A DNA stretch of 64,000 nt. Source: Heterodontus francisci (lineage: Eukaryota). Shown here piece after piece: positions 49,613 to 62,400 of the stretch (the stretch's first letter is position 1; each line of letters begins with the position of its first letter). Both the position numbers and the translations under genes were made by a program. The notes under the pieces were generated by a model, which saw only the letters and a list, made by a program, of their open reading frames with translations, had not been told where the DNA came from and searched no databases. Location: assembly GCF_036365525.1 (NCBI RefSeq), contig NC_090401.1, positions 34,784,745 to 34,848,744 on the forward strand, written 5' to 3'.

Positions 49613-50476
49613 GTAAGTCTCCATTGCTTTATCCACATACGTTTTATTCCTGCAGCACACTTTGATTAGGACCAGTTGAGTACTTCAGTTTAAATATGCA
49701 ACAACACTTTGCATTTATATAGCATATTTTAAGAGATTTTCCACAGCACTTCAGATACATGATAAAAAATGAGTGTCCAGCCAAAGAAGGTGAGATTAGG
49801 GAGGGTGACCAAATGCTGAGTGAAAGAGCAGGTTATAAGGATGTTATTAAAGAAAGGGGGGCGCAGTTGGAGATGCAGAGAGTTCACAAATGGAATTCCA
49901 AAGGTTATTGATGACAAAGCCCCAGTTAGCGAGTGAGCAGACAATTTGCAGAAGGAGCTTGCCAGCAGAATCCAGGGAGGAGTGGTAGTGAGTAGACTGG
50001 AAGGTGGTTTTCAATAGGTATGCTGGATGAGAAGGTCAGTGAGAATGGAGACAGTAATGGGCATCATGATAGTCCTGGCACAGAATACCGAGAGAGCAGA
50101 AGGTACCCTCTGGTAAGCTTGGTTGAGTAGGATTCAAGTCAGGAATGATGGCAAGGAAGAGTGGAAAGCTGAGCGCTAGTGATAGAGGTGGGGCACAATA
50201 ACTTCAAAGGAAGAGATGAAAGTTGGCATGCCTGACAGCATGAGTAGAAGACTGAGAGCTAAGGGAGTGATATGATATAGTAGTGGGCTTCGATTCAAAA
50301 TAACAGTCACAATATACACATGAAAGAGCACAAAGGGAATTCTCAGTTACATAGCTGTGGCAGAGATTAAGCAACAGATGAAGTGCTCAAAAACTGAGGG
50401 CAGGGAGAATATAAAAAAAGTACCTTTTGCAAATAATGCTTACGTATTTGTATCCAGAGATCCATATGTACTAGAG

Positions 50477-51283
50477 CAGAGTTGTCCAACATATGACCCT
50501 CGGACCAGAATCCGGCCCAGCAGTCTGCCTGTGGCTCAGCTCTGATTGACAACTCCATGTATGTCAGGCGGAGGGTGTAAACGGGATCTATGTCTGACGG
50601 GCAGGGGCCCCCGTCTGTAATTGGTCATTCCTGTGACTGACGGGCTGCTCAAGCTGCATTAGTGATGATTTGTGGGATGTAGTGCAGGCACCCTGGGATC
50701 GGCCACCCCTGCTGCTTTCACGCGATTCAGTAAATGTCCTGTATCCTGCATAGATTCCCTTCTCCACTCACCCCAGCTTAAATAATACAGGCATGGTAGG
50801 TATCTGGTTGTGGGGATGGCTGCTGTGGGGAGCGGGGAACACTGAACATGGTGTGGGGAATACGGAGCAGGAAACACTGGAGACACGGGTGGAGAGAGGT
50901 GGGAGAGAGACAGGAGAGGGGGGAGAAAGAGTCATAAAATCATTTACTTATGGCACAGAAGGAGGCTATTCGGCCCATCGAGTCCGTGCTGACTCTCAAC
51001 GGAGCTGTACAGTCAGCCCCACTCCCTGGCTTGAAACCTGTAGCCCTGCAAGTCTCTTTCTCTCAGGTGGCCATCCAACTTCCTCTTGAAGTCATTGATT
51101 GTCTCCACTTCCATCACCCTTGTGGGCAATGAGTTCCAGGTCATTACCACCCAGTATGTAAAAAGGTGCTTCCTCATATTTCTCCTGCATCTTTTTCCAA
51201 AACTTTCGATCTGTCCCCTAGTCCTAGAGGAGATGGTCGGAGAGGGGGAAGGGGGGAGAGTGGGTGGTTGGTTGGTAGGTAAA

Positions 51284-51349
<66 letters not shown>

Positions 51350-51651
51350 GGGGAAAGGGGGGAGAGAGATCATGGTCTCTCCTGACAGATGGGAATCTAT
51401 CCAGAATACTCTGCATCACTGCTTCAAGTGTGCAGGTAGAGATTGACTACTTATGCAAGCAAAAACAATGCCAGATAATTGGTTGTCAACATAGTGATAA
51501 AGTAAGTCACTAAGCTTCACAAAAATGCATATTTGTTGTTTTTATCAGTAAGATAATTTTTTCATGCCTTTATCTTTCAAAATTTTCTCACTGGACCCCT
51601 AGGCCAAGCTTCGTAATGTGGCCCTCTGCCTGCAAAGGTTGGACAACCCTG
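50477..51651. mobile_element. Non-autonomous hAT (Charlie/Buster-like) DNA transposon
   Basis: TIRs CAGAGTTGTCCAAC / GTTGGACAACCCTG; perfect 8-bp TSD TACTAGAG (50469-50476, 51652-51659) with central TA; contains a CR1 3' piece (about 50930-51230) and an AC microsatellite. Confidence 0.9.
51285..51347. repeat. (AC)n microsatellite
   Basis: About 31 perfect AC units. Confidence 0.97.
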
Positions 51652-51670
51652 TACTAGAGCAATTAGGTGA

Positions 51671-51802
<132 letters not shown>

Positions 51803-51827
51803 TAAATTTATTCAGTATCTTTTTTAA

Positions 51828-51998
<171 letters not shown>

Positions 51999-52119
51999 TA
52001 GATCATATTGCATTGTGCTGTGGTGCAGCAGAAAAATATTTATCTGGAATTTCAGCTCTGCCACAGTTTTAATATGTCCAAAAATAATTACGTGTTAAAG
52101 CTCTCCAAAGCCCGAGCTC

Positions 52120-53320
52120 AATCTTTTGATGAAGTAACAGAGAAAGTTGATGAAGGGAATGCGGTGGATGTTGTTTATATGGATTTTAGGAAAGCATTTG
52201 AAAAGGTACCACGTAAAAGGCTGGTTAACAAAACTAAAGCTCATGGAAGAGGAGGGTCAGAGTCCAATTGGATAAAAAAAAATTGGCTTTAGGACAGAAA
52301 ACAGCTGGTCCTAGTAAATGATTGTTTCTCAGACTGGAGGATGGTAGACAGTGGTGTTCGCCAAGCGTCAGTGCTGGGACCACTGCTTTATTTGCCATAT
52401 ATAAATGACTTGGATCTTAGAATACCCATCTCAAAATTTGCAGATGACACCAAACTTGGATGTGTGGCGAGCAGTGAGGATGATATGAACTGCCTACAAC
52501 AGGACAGATAGGCTAGCAGAATGGGTAGAGAGGTGGCAGATGCAACTTAATACTGACAAATGTGAGGTGATGCATTTTGGCAGAAGGAATGGGGAAAGGC
52601 AATATATACTTAATGGCACAGTTCTGAAGAGTGTGCAGGAACAGAGGGACCTAGGGGTCCATGTGTATCAATCTTTGCAGGTGGCAGGACATATTGAGGA
52701 AGTGATTAGTAGAGCATATGGGATCTTGGGCTTCATAAATAGAGGCATTTGAGTATAAAAGCAGGGAAGTTATGCTGAACCTTTATAAATCTCTAGTTAG
52801 GCCTCAGCTGGGGTATTGCGTCCTGTTCCGTCACCACACTTTAGGAAGGATTTGAGGGCCCTTGAGAGGGTGCAGAGGAGATTCACCCTGATGCCAGGGA
52901 TCGGGGATTTTAGTTGCAAGGTTAGGTTGAAAAAACTGGGGTTATTCTCCTGGGAACAAAGGAGATTGAGGGGAAATTTAATAGGAATGTGCAAGATTAT
53001 GAAAGGCATAGATAATTTAGACAAGGAAAAACTGTTCCCATTAACTAATGATACAAGGACTAGGGGACACAAATTGAAGGTTTTGGGCAAGAGGTGCAGG
53101 GGGAATATGAGGAAGAACTTTTATGCAACAGTTGGTAAATGACCATGAAATCGCTGTCCACAAGCATGGTGGAAAAGGAAATTGGATGGCTGCTTGAAGG
53201 AAATAGACTTGCAGGGCTACAAGGATCGAGCAGGGGAGTGGGACTGAGTGGATAGCTCCATGGAGAGCCAGCATGGACTCGATGGGCCAAATGGAGGCCT
53301 CCTGTGCCATCTATGACTCT
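52120..53320 (+). mobile_element. CR1/HER1 LINE RT and 3' end
   Basis: VDVVYMDFRKAFEKVP, KFADDTK-like remnant, QLNTDKCEVMHFG, ALERVQRRFT; CR1 tail CTATGACTCT. Confidence 0.9.
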
Positions 53321-54299
53321 CAGGTGATCTGGCTGTCTGGGTTTACATGTTCAATCACTAATTTGTTGGGAATGGCAGTGGGATTGCAATAGTTGACAAT
53401 ATTGGATTGGTAAACAGATGTTTTCACTCTTGATTGCTAAACAAAGACTGCCTTTGCAGTGATAGTTGAATGATTTACTACCATGCACTGTAAAGGCTCC
53501 TGTATATGGAATGGTGACTCGGACAAGATATTAGACGGTGACTGCTGCCTGTAGAGCCAAATGTCAGCAGTGTCTTTAAAAGGGAAGGGGAGATTTAAAG
53601 ATTAAAAAAAACTCCTTTGATGGTGGGGGAACCCAAGCTCTTTTTTTTTTTCCATTGCTCTTTGACTTGTTATCTTGCACACATTTGTTAGTGCTATATA
53701 ACTAGTTCTCTACAATCCCAGTTGTACTTGAAATGGGTATATTACTTTGGTCAGCTGTCTTGTGTAACAATTTTTCAAAGACCGTTATCATGTCACTTAA
53801 TTTCAATTTAATATTTTAAAAAGCAAAGCCTGGGAGTATAAAACAGAAACCATATTTAGAACATTGGAACAGGAATAGGCCATTCATCCCCTCCATGTTT
53901 TGTCATTCAGTTAGATCACAGAAATCTATCAAAGTCAAATTTCAGTTGACCGAGTATCCACAGCCTGCGGGGAAGAGGATTCCAGATTTCCATTACCTTT
54001 TCGTGAGAAAAATTGCTTCTGATTTCATTTCTGAATGGATTATCTCGCTTGTTCTGGATTCCCCTACCAAAGGAATTAGTTTCTTTGTATCTACCCTACG
54101 AACTCCCTTTATCATTTTCAATACTTCGATTAGATCACCCCTTGACCTTTTAAACTCGAGGGAATACAAACCATGTTTATGCAACCTCTCTGCATAATTT
54201 AACTCTTTACGGCTTGATATCATTCTGATACTGTGCTGTTCTCCCTCCAAGGCGTATATATACTTCCATAAGTTCAGTGCCACCAAACTGAATTTTTTT

Positions 54300-56005
54300 T
54301 TTATTTGTTTGGGGGATGTGGGCATTGCTGGCTAGGCGAGCATTTATTGCCCATCCCTAATTGCCCTTGGGAAGGTGGTGGTGGTGAGCTGCCTTCTTGA
54401 ACTGCTGCAGTCCTTGGGGTGTAGGTACACCAACAGTGCTGTTAGGAAAGGAGTTCTAGGATTTTGACCCAGCGACAGTGAAGGAATGGCGATATAATTC
54501 CAAGTCAGGATGGTGCGTGGCTTGGAGGAGAAGGTCATTGAGAGATACAGCACTGAAATGGGCCCTTCGGCCCACCGAGTCTGTGCCGACCAACAACCAC
54601 CCATTTATGCTAATCCTACATTAATCCCATATTCCCTACCACATCCCCACCATCCTCCTACCAACACTAGGGGCAATTTGCAATGGCCAATTTACCTATC
54701 AACCTGCAAGTCTTTGGCTGTGGGAGGAAACCGGAGCACCCGGTGGAAACCCATGCGGTCACAGGGAGAACTTGCAAACTCCGCACAGGCAGCACCCAGA
54801 ACTGAACCCGGGTCGCTGGAGCTGAGAGGCTGCGGTGCTAGCCACTGTGCCGCCCAACTTGCAGGTGGTCGTGTTCCCATGCATCCTTGTCCTTCTAGGT
54901 GGTAGAGGTCGCAGGTTTGGAAGGTGCTGTCGAAGGAGCCTTGGTGCTTTGCTGCAGTGCATCTTGTAGATGGTACACACAGCTGCCACTTTGCGTCGAT
55001 GGTGGAGGGAGTGCATGTTGAAGGTGGGGAATGGGGTACCAATCAAGGGGCTGCTTTTGTCCTGAATGGTGTCAAACTTCAAGTGTTGGGGCTTTACCCA
55101 TCTAGGTAAGTGGAGAGTATTCCATCACACACCTGACTTGTGCCTTGAAGATGGTGGACAGGCATTGGGGAGACAGGAGGCGAGTTACTCGCCACAGAAT
55201 TCCAATCCTCTGGCCTGCTCTTGTAGCCACAGCATTAATGTGGCTGGTCCAGTTCAGTTTTTGGTCAATGGTGACCTGCAGGATGTTGATAATGGGGTAT
55301 TCAGTGATACTGATTTTTTTGTCCATGTTTGGACCAAGGCTGTAATGAGATCAGGAGTTGAGTGACCCTGGTGGAATCCAAACTGAACGTCAGTGGGCTG
55401 GTTATTGCTGAGCAAGTCCCGTTTGATAGCACTGTTGACGACCCCTTCCATCACTTTGCTGATGATCGACTGATAGGGTGGTAATTGGCCGGATTGGATT
55501 TATCCTGCTTTTTGTGCACCGGACATACCTGGGCCATTTTCCACATTGCCAGGTAGATGCCAGTGTTGTACATGTACTGGAACAGCTCGGCTAGGGGCAT
55601 GGCTAGTTCTGGAGCACAAGTCTTCAGTACTGTTGCCGGAATGTTGTCAGGGCCCATAACCTTTGCAGTATCCAGTGCCTTCAGCTGTTTCTTGATATCA
55701 CATGGAGTGAATCAGATTGGCTGAAGACTGGCATCTGTTATGCTGGGAACCTCAAGAGGAGGCCGAGATGGATCATCCACTCAGCACTTCTGGCTGAAGA
55801 TGGATGCAAATGCTTCAGTCTTTTCTATGCACTGATCTGCTGGGCTCCCCCATTGTTGAGGATGGGATATTTGTGGAGCCTCCTCTTCATGTCAGTTGTT
55901 TAATTGTCCTCCGCCATTCATGACTGGATGTGGCAGGACTGCAGAGCTTCGATCTGATCCATTGGATGTGAGATCACTTAGTCCTGTCTGTTGCATGCTG
56001 CTTCC
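54300..56005 (-). mobile_element. CR1-group LINE (family B) fragment
   Basis: GPDNIPATVLKTCAPEL...VHKKQDKSNPANYHPIS, QFGFHQGHST; 3' end as at 24865; internal deletion of the RT core. Confidence 0.85.
54534..54855 (-). mobile_element. HE1-like V-SINE nested in the family-B LINE
   Basis: Splits the LINE sequence GGCTTGGAGGAG / AACTTGCAGGTGG, which is contiguous in other copies (for example 29957-29982). Confidence 0.85.
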
Positions 56006-56666
56006 GCAGTTTGGCAATACTCCAGATAGGGTTGTCCCAAGGTTCTATACAACAGAAGCATAATTTCCTCACTTTTGCATTCCAAACCCTTGGCGATAAA
56101 GGCTAACATTCTGTTAGCCGTTTTGTGCCTGTGCACATGGACGCCCAAATCCCTTTGCTCCTCCATAGCTCCAAGCCCCTCTCCATGAATTTGGTGAGAT
56201 CCCAAAGTGCATGCTCCAGGTGTGCTGTACCATTCAAGTTCAGAATTTTAGCTTTAAGTTGCAAAAGTAACATCAAATCAATTAGACTAATCTGTGCCTA
56301 AATTTACCTATGAGTCTAGATTTGAAATGATTTGGTTTAAAATTGAATTAAAATGAGTGGTCTTGGTTGCTCTGGTCTGTCACTGTGCAATGTGGAAAAT
56401 GATCCACTCATCACTTCAGCTCGTGTTCAATAAAATTCACCAGTAAGGGGACCTGTGTCTTACTGAAGCAATGCTGAATGAGAAGGTTTGGGATTGGTGA
56501 ATTTTAAATGCTGACAACGATACAGCAAGGTGCTGTTCTTAAACTAATTCAGGTGTGCAAATGTTTAAAAGTACACACCTATTAGTTTGCCATCATTGGA
56601 TATTTTTGAATTGTTTAAACCGGCAACTAGGAAACTACATTTATCTTTTTATTTTTTTAATTCTAG

Positions 56667-56840
56667 GCAGCAGGTAGCAATGTCAACAAGGATATCAGCA
56701 TCCTGCAATGCCATGGCGAAATTGATCCTATGATACCATTAAAATATGCTCAAATGACTGCTGAAAAGCTAAAGAAGGCCATTAATCCTGCAAGCCTTCA
56801 GTTCAAAGCATATTTAATGCAGCACTGCACATGTCCACAG
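56667..56840 (+). CDS. LYPLA2: LYPLA2 coding exon 8 (catalytic Asp177, His210)
   Basis: ttctag|AAGSNVNKDISILQCHGEIDPMIPLKYAQMTAEKLKKAINPASLQFKAYLMQHCTCPQ|gtgagt, 174 nt. Confidence 0.95.
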
Positions 56841-57199
56841 GTGAGTGCTGCCATAGTTTTTTCTTTGCACCTGTGTTTATATTAAATCTTATGTCATATG
56901 TAACATTTTTTAATACAGTACCATAATTTAGGTATTTGCATTATTTATAATATTGATACTATTACATAGATGTACTCCTTTAATATTGCAGTACATTAAT
57001 TGGATGATAAAGTGCTGAAAGAGAAAACAAATGGCTCTTGTTAAAGTAACCATCCAGTCAGAAACTGGCCTGGCTGCATTATCTTAAGCTTGGCAAACAT
57101 CAACTTATTTTTTTGGTTTGGCAAACATTAGCTTATTTTTTGTTATCTCCCAGTTCAACTGGCTGTTTGAGGTTGGTGTCAAATCCTTGCATTAAGGAA

Positions 57200-57640
57200 A
57201 TCTTGCCATGATTGCATAAGGACTGTAACTGATTGCGTCCCACTGAGCTGTATAACAGGATATGTAAGAGGTGGATGATAGGATCGATTGTGTCAAAGGC
57301 TGCAGAGCGGTTAAGGAGGATAAGGAGAGTTAATGCACAATGGTCAGTCATATGGGATACTTTTTGTGGCTTTGGTTAGAGCCATTTCAGTACAATGGTT
57401 GTGACGGAAAGCATATTTTAGCGATTCAAATGGGGAATTTTGGGAATGATGGCCACTGATTTGGAATGTGACTTGTTCAAGGATTTTGGAGGAAAGGGAG
57501 GCTAGAAATAGGGTGGTAGTTTCCAAACATTGATGGGTCAGATGGATTTTTTGAGAAGGGTCTTTGATGGCAGCTTTGAAAGAGAGACAGTAACTGAGGA
57601 TAGAAAACCATTTACAATGTCGCTATGATGAAGGCCAACA
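57200..57640 (-). mobile_element. L2-type LINE RT fragment
   Basis: FLASLSSKILEQV, FRHNHCTEMAL, LLNRSAAFDTID remnants. Confidence 0.65.
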
Positions 57641-57786
57641 AATGAGCTATAGGGAAACATGTATTTTTTTTTAAAGAATTGTTAGTTAAACAAAATATGG
57701 ATTGCTTTCATGGAATTGCAGGACTAGAATAACTCTTTCCCCTCATAACTGAAGAGTTTAATGGGACTTTGTTTTTCATCACACAG

Positions 57787-57837
57787 GAAATGATGGCAGT
57801 GAAAGAATTCATTGCAAAGCAGCTTCCACCAGTCTGA
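57787..57837 (+). CDS. LYPLA2: LYPLA2 last coding exon
   Basis: acacag|EMMAVKEFIAKQLPPV*; spliced CDS 696 nt = 231 aa plus stop. Confidence 0.95.
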   Translation, partial: EMMAVKEFIAKQLPPV

Positions 57838-59209
57838 CTGGAGAGCAAATCTGTAAGGCCCTCTTCAATTTTTCACCTTTCACCTGACAACTGAAACCAA
57901 GCCATGCACTACCAACCTCAGATCTTTTACGGACCATTTTATTTGTAATAGTTATTTTTTCTTAAAGTAGGCTGGATATATCCATGATTTGTACAGACAT
58001 TCTCCTAAGTCCCTTCAGAGGTAATTTTATCAGTATAGTGATGACTGCCTTTGACAGGAAGCACCTATTCAATTTTAACTCTTTCCAGCTCAAATAGTAA
58101 AAGATTCCTAATATAGCTTTTATTTTGGAATATAATTTATAAACTTCTTCCAAACAAGAAGGATTTCCCATACTTTTCTGATCTTGCATTCAAGCCTCAG
58201 TCCAATTCACCTCAACTAGAATTAAAGCTTCAAGATGTGCTTACTGTAGTATCAGTGTATTCTGCTTCTTTGTGCTTTGCCTGCAGATTAATGGGCTTGT
58301 GCTCAGATTCCAGCTGTTTGCTTGTAAATTTGGTTAACTGATCAGTAAAGTGAATAGATTCTGCAAATTGCTGGCAGTCAGCTTAATATCATGGTCTGTT
58401 AATATGAGTAAAGTGACTGGAGAAAGAACATGAAAGATGTTTTGTTGAAGTAATTATCCAGGTACAATAACTGGCTTGATAACATGACCATAAATAACTT
58501 TTACGTTGGTGAATTTTGTCACCTATGAATCGCAGATTTGCTATTTAGTTTTGTGAATTCGAAGGTCAAATGACCTCTGATTTGCAGCTGAACCGAAGTC
58601 TCTGATTGTATCAAAGAAGCAGCATGATGATTGGTGGTCTTGGCCAGAAGTGGGCAATTTAAATTATATTGTTGTCTATTTGTCATATTAGCTTCTGAAT
58701 CATTTGCGAATGAGCTGGAAAAGGTTTAAAATATTTTCACTAAACTCAAACTGATCTTCAGGGACTTGTGAGCAGGTCTAGATTTGCCAGAATTTACTGA
58801 TGAGAATTGGGCAGCTTTGGGTTGATGTACAGTGATGACTCAATAATCTAACCTATGCCACTAAAATCGACACAATTGCATTTAACAGGGCAGTTGCTAT
58901 CCAGAAATACATGTAGTCAATGCCCCTACCACCAACAACATGTCATTAGATCATAGGCTCCCATCATTCGAGAATTTGTTTTCAGGGTTTTGGATACTTC
59001 GGGAGAAAAGAATTAATGTCATTTGTCCTTGTAGGAACCTCACTTCATGTTGCTTCATTTTGGAATGCATTGGTGTAATTGTGGAGAAGTGCAGGGCTTC
59101 GACAGTCCTGCTGCACTGGCTGATGGGACCAAGAAACAGCAATGATGAATCATGTCTATTTAAGAATGAAAGGAAAAATAAATCAGGGAATGACCCCAAG
59201 GGTTTTTTT

Positions 59210-59465
59210 TAATTCGTTCATGGGATGTGGGTGTCACTGGCTAGGCCAGCATTTATTGCCCATCTCTAATTGCCCTTGAGAAGGTGGTGGTGAGCTGCCT
59301 TCTTGAACCGCTGCAGTCCATGTGGAGTAGGTACTCCCACAGTGCTGTTAGGAAGTGAGTTCCAGGATTTTGACCCAGCGACAGTGAAGGAACGGCGATT
59401 ATATTTCCAAGTCAGGATGGTGTGTGGCTCAGAGGGGAACTTGCAGGTGGTGGTGTTCCCATGCA
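59210..59465 (-). mobile_element. Family-B LINE 3' end downstream of the LYPLA2 stop
   Basis: Closely matches 24870-25125 and 54300-54530. Confidence 0.8.
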
Positions 59466-62400
59466 AGGGTGACCAGCGTGAGATTGCTGACTAACCATAC
59501 TGTAGTTTCTCTCAATCGATGGGATCATAAATCTTATTCAGCATGCACTGGTGCAGCATGGTTGATGACTGCAACAGAATGATAGAGCGCAATTATGACA
59601 TAACCTCCAATGAGTATTGGACTTTTAGTCAAAGGTTGGATCCAGACAGCCTTGCTGACCATCATTCTTGCTTGCCCTCCAGTGAGTTCTGCCAATTCTA
59701 AAATACTCAGCATAGTTCTGTGCTATATTTTGGGGAACAGAAAAGCTGGAAAGACATATGGGAAAGGGGACATTGAATTAAAAAGTGTTAAGTAGTCTGA
59801 TTTAGTTCTATGCGGGATGTTCCTTCTGTATCCAATACAATGAAGTGTAAAGATAGTATAGAAACTTGGGATTCCGTCACATAAATGGTTGAGGTTGATT
59901 CTGTAAATTACACTAGTATAACATGTTCTGCTCAGTATTTGTGTAAAACATTTTTCAAAAATTGGCACTGCACTTCACAGGAGTTTTTTTTAAAACAACA
60001 AATAAAATTTGGCTGGCAATTAAGTTAGAAATTGTTATCCGTAACCCTAAAAATATGCAAAATGTTGAATATTATGCAAACCCTCTTTACTGGCCAACAG
60101 ATTGTGATGCAAATCAGTTAATACTTAAGTGCATCATCTAGCTGAAAGTTATGCAAAAACAAAATTGTCGTCATTTCCATGAACACTGTCACCTTCATAC
60201 AGTTCAAATCCTTTTACAAGAACTACTCCAGTAGAACCCTGAGATCTGAGGTTTTTAATATATATTGAGCGATACTGCATTGAAGTGTTATAACACAGTA
60301 CTCTATGATCCATTTGCCACAAAACAGAATCCTAGTGTGACAATACACAAATCATGTGATACAAATCTATGCACTTGCACTGGATTTCCAAAGGTTGGAT
60401 TTGGTTAATCATTGCTGTACCTGAACTCCACCTAATGCATTTCACATATATATCTTCAATAAAAAATAGCATGTCCTGAAATCTGTGTAACATAAGGTAG
60501 ATAACAGAGGATGTGAGGGAGAATTAATGAGATGACCTTTTTAACTGGCATTTTCTTTCCTTTGCTCTCCATTCTTGAAGAGGTGTGATTGAGTCAATTT
60601 TTAAAAAATCTAATGCCAGTTTTTAATGTCCATCACCATCTTTAGGTAATAGAGTTGGTTTGAGAATTCCTATTTGAGTATATGAAGCTCTGCTTTAAAG
60701 CGATCAGTCACTTTCCCGTTATAAATACATAGGCTTCTTTCTGTCCACCTCTCCTGATGTGACCACTTGTTGTGTATGGCATTCCTGTTCTTTTAATGGA
60801 TAAAATTTAATGCATCTATGATTATCTTTGTGTCACAAAAAGGCATTGAGAAATTTAGCATCTTTTTATAGGAGTTTTGTGAGTTAGTGATACTGAACAA
60901 AGCTTGGGGCACTTTACTACAAGGAGAGTAGAAGTTGGAGTCGTGATGTGTATGTGGCTGGTTAGAGTGATCCTGCGAATGGGCTCACTGCCTTGAAGGA
61001 GAATGGAAGAAAAGAGCAATTTTTTCTTCTTCTAGGGTCAGATGGTAAATTCATATAACGTTGTAAGGGATAACCAGTAGTTTACTCAGAGGTTCTGGAA
61101 ACCAGCTTGAAAATCACTTGAGTTTTATCTGGAAAGTGGGCTTCTCGGGACCTGCAGCTCAAATCACAGCCGCGACTGCTGCGCAGCCTGCTGGCATATT
61201 AGTGTGTTCACAAATTTTATTTTCTCACTTCTACCAGAGCCTGCCGGTGAGATTTTCTAACTATGCTTCACTAGTTTTTGATGCTGGAAGAAGAGGGAGA
61301 CTGGAAGGTCATTTTTTTTTTTTTACTTTTAGTATCGCTCTTGTCAGTTTAGCACAGAGCTGCGTTGGCATTTGAAGTGAAGAGCATGCTTACTTATCAG
61401 CCCCAATTAACGGAAGCTGCATCCAGGTATGGAACCTTGAGTAAGGTTGGGGGGAGGGGGAGAATCATCTTCATAAACATTCATGCTATGCGCATCCAAC
61501 AGTAGTTGCTAAAGCAGAAATTGATTTAGTTCTACCTCCCATTCCTTCTGATAGAAAATTACAACTGTACATTAAAGTATCGATAAATGTGTCTTACAAA
61601 TGTAAGTGATAGAACATGTATCTGTGCTGAGTGATAAATGCTCCAAATAGAGTGACTGCTGGGCAGCATTGACAATTACAGTTTCAAATTAAATATTTAT
61701 ATCGTTGCATGCATTCAGAAATGCATTTGACAGACAGTATTGGGAACAAGCTGGGGATTCACAATATTCAAATTCATTGCATTAACAATCAAATTTTTTC
61801 TTTAATCTACTGTTCTCGGATCAGGGAATTGGTCAACTCTTTAAAAAAAGTACCTTAAGATGTTGTCATGGGAGAATTGGTATTGAACACATTGAAACAA
61901 ACAATTTGTCAATGCACCCTTCAAAAAAAGTTATTGAATTCCATGTGACTGTATGCTTTTCCATTCCATTGCTATGGTTTCATCTGATTATTTTACCCAC
62001 GGTATTTTATTTTATTGTCCTCCAATCTCCTTGTAATGTGTAATTGAATAAAGGGAAGTCAATCAGGAAGTGTTTTTCTGAACATCTCTTCAGCACAAAT
62101 TAGGAAGCATATTTAGGTTTCATTAAGATTAACAAATCTGGTTGGACGTTTTGCAGGAGGTTTCATCACATGACCTCCCGCCCGCAACCATCTTGCCCAT
62201 TCAAACGGCCGCCTTTCCCCGTATCCAATATTTTTATACCCAATGAACAAAGGTGCTCAAAGAAAATGAAAAACACAATTGTTTTTGAATGCTCCTGTGG
62301 TTTTTCTCCTGAGTTTCTTGCAACAGTGTCCAAGAACTTGATCTTTAATTCCTGGAGAATCCAGGACAATCCTAGGTTTCGTAGCGTTAATGTCTGGGTA

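Noticed and set aside
56664-56673. Tandem acceptors TAG-GCAG-CAG in LYPLA2
   Set aside because: The alternatives are offset by 4 and 7 nt and would frameshift; only TAG preserves the protein.
57835-57841. LYPLA2 stop context TGACTGG as a readthrough signal
   Set aside because: Does not match the strong TGA-CTAG motif and there is no other support.
58940-59212. Overlapping ORFs considered as a possible GALE terminal exon
   Set aside because: No LWRWQ..NP.G-type GALE C-terminal motif in the frames examined.
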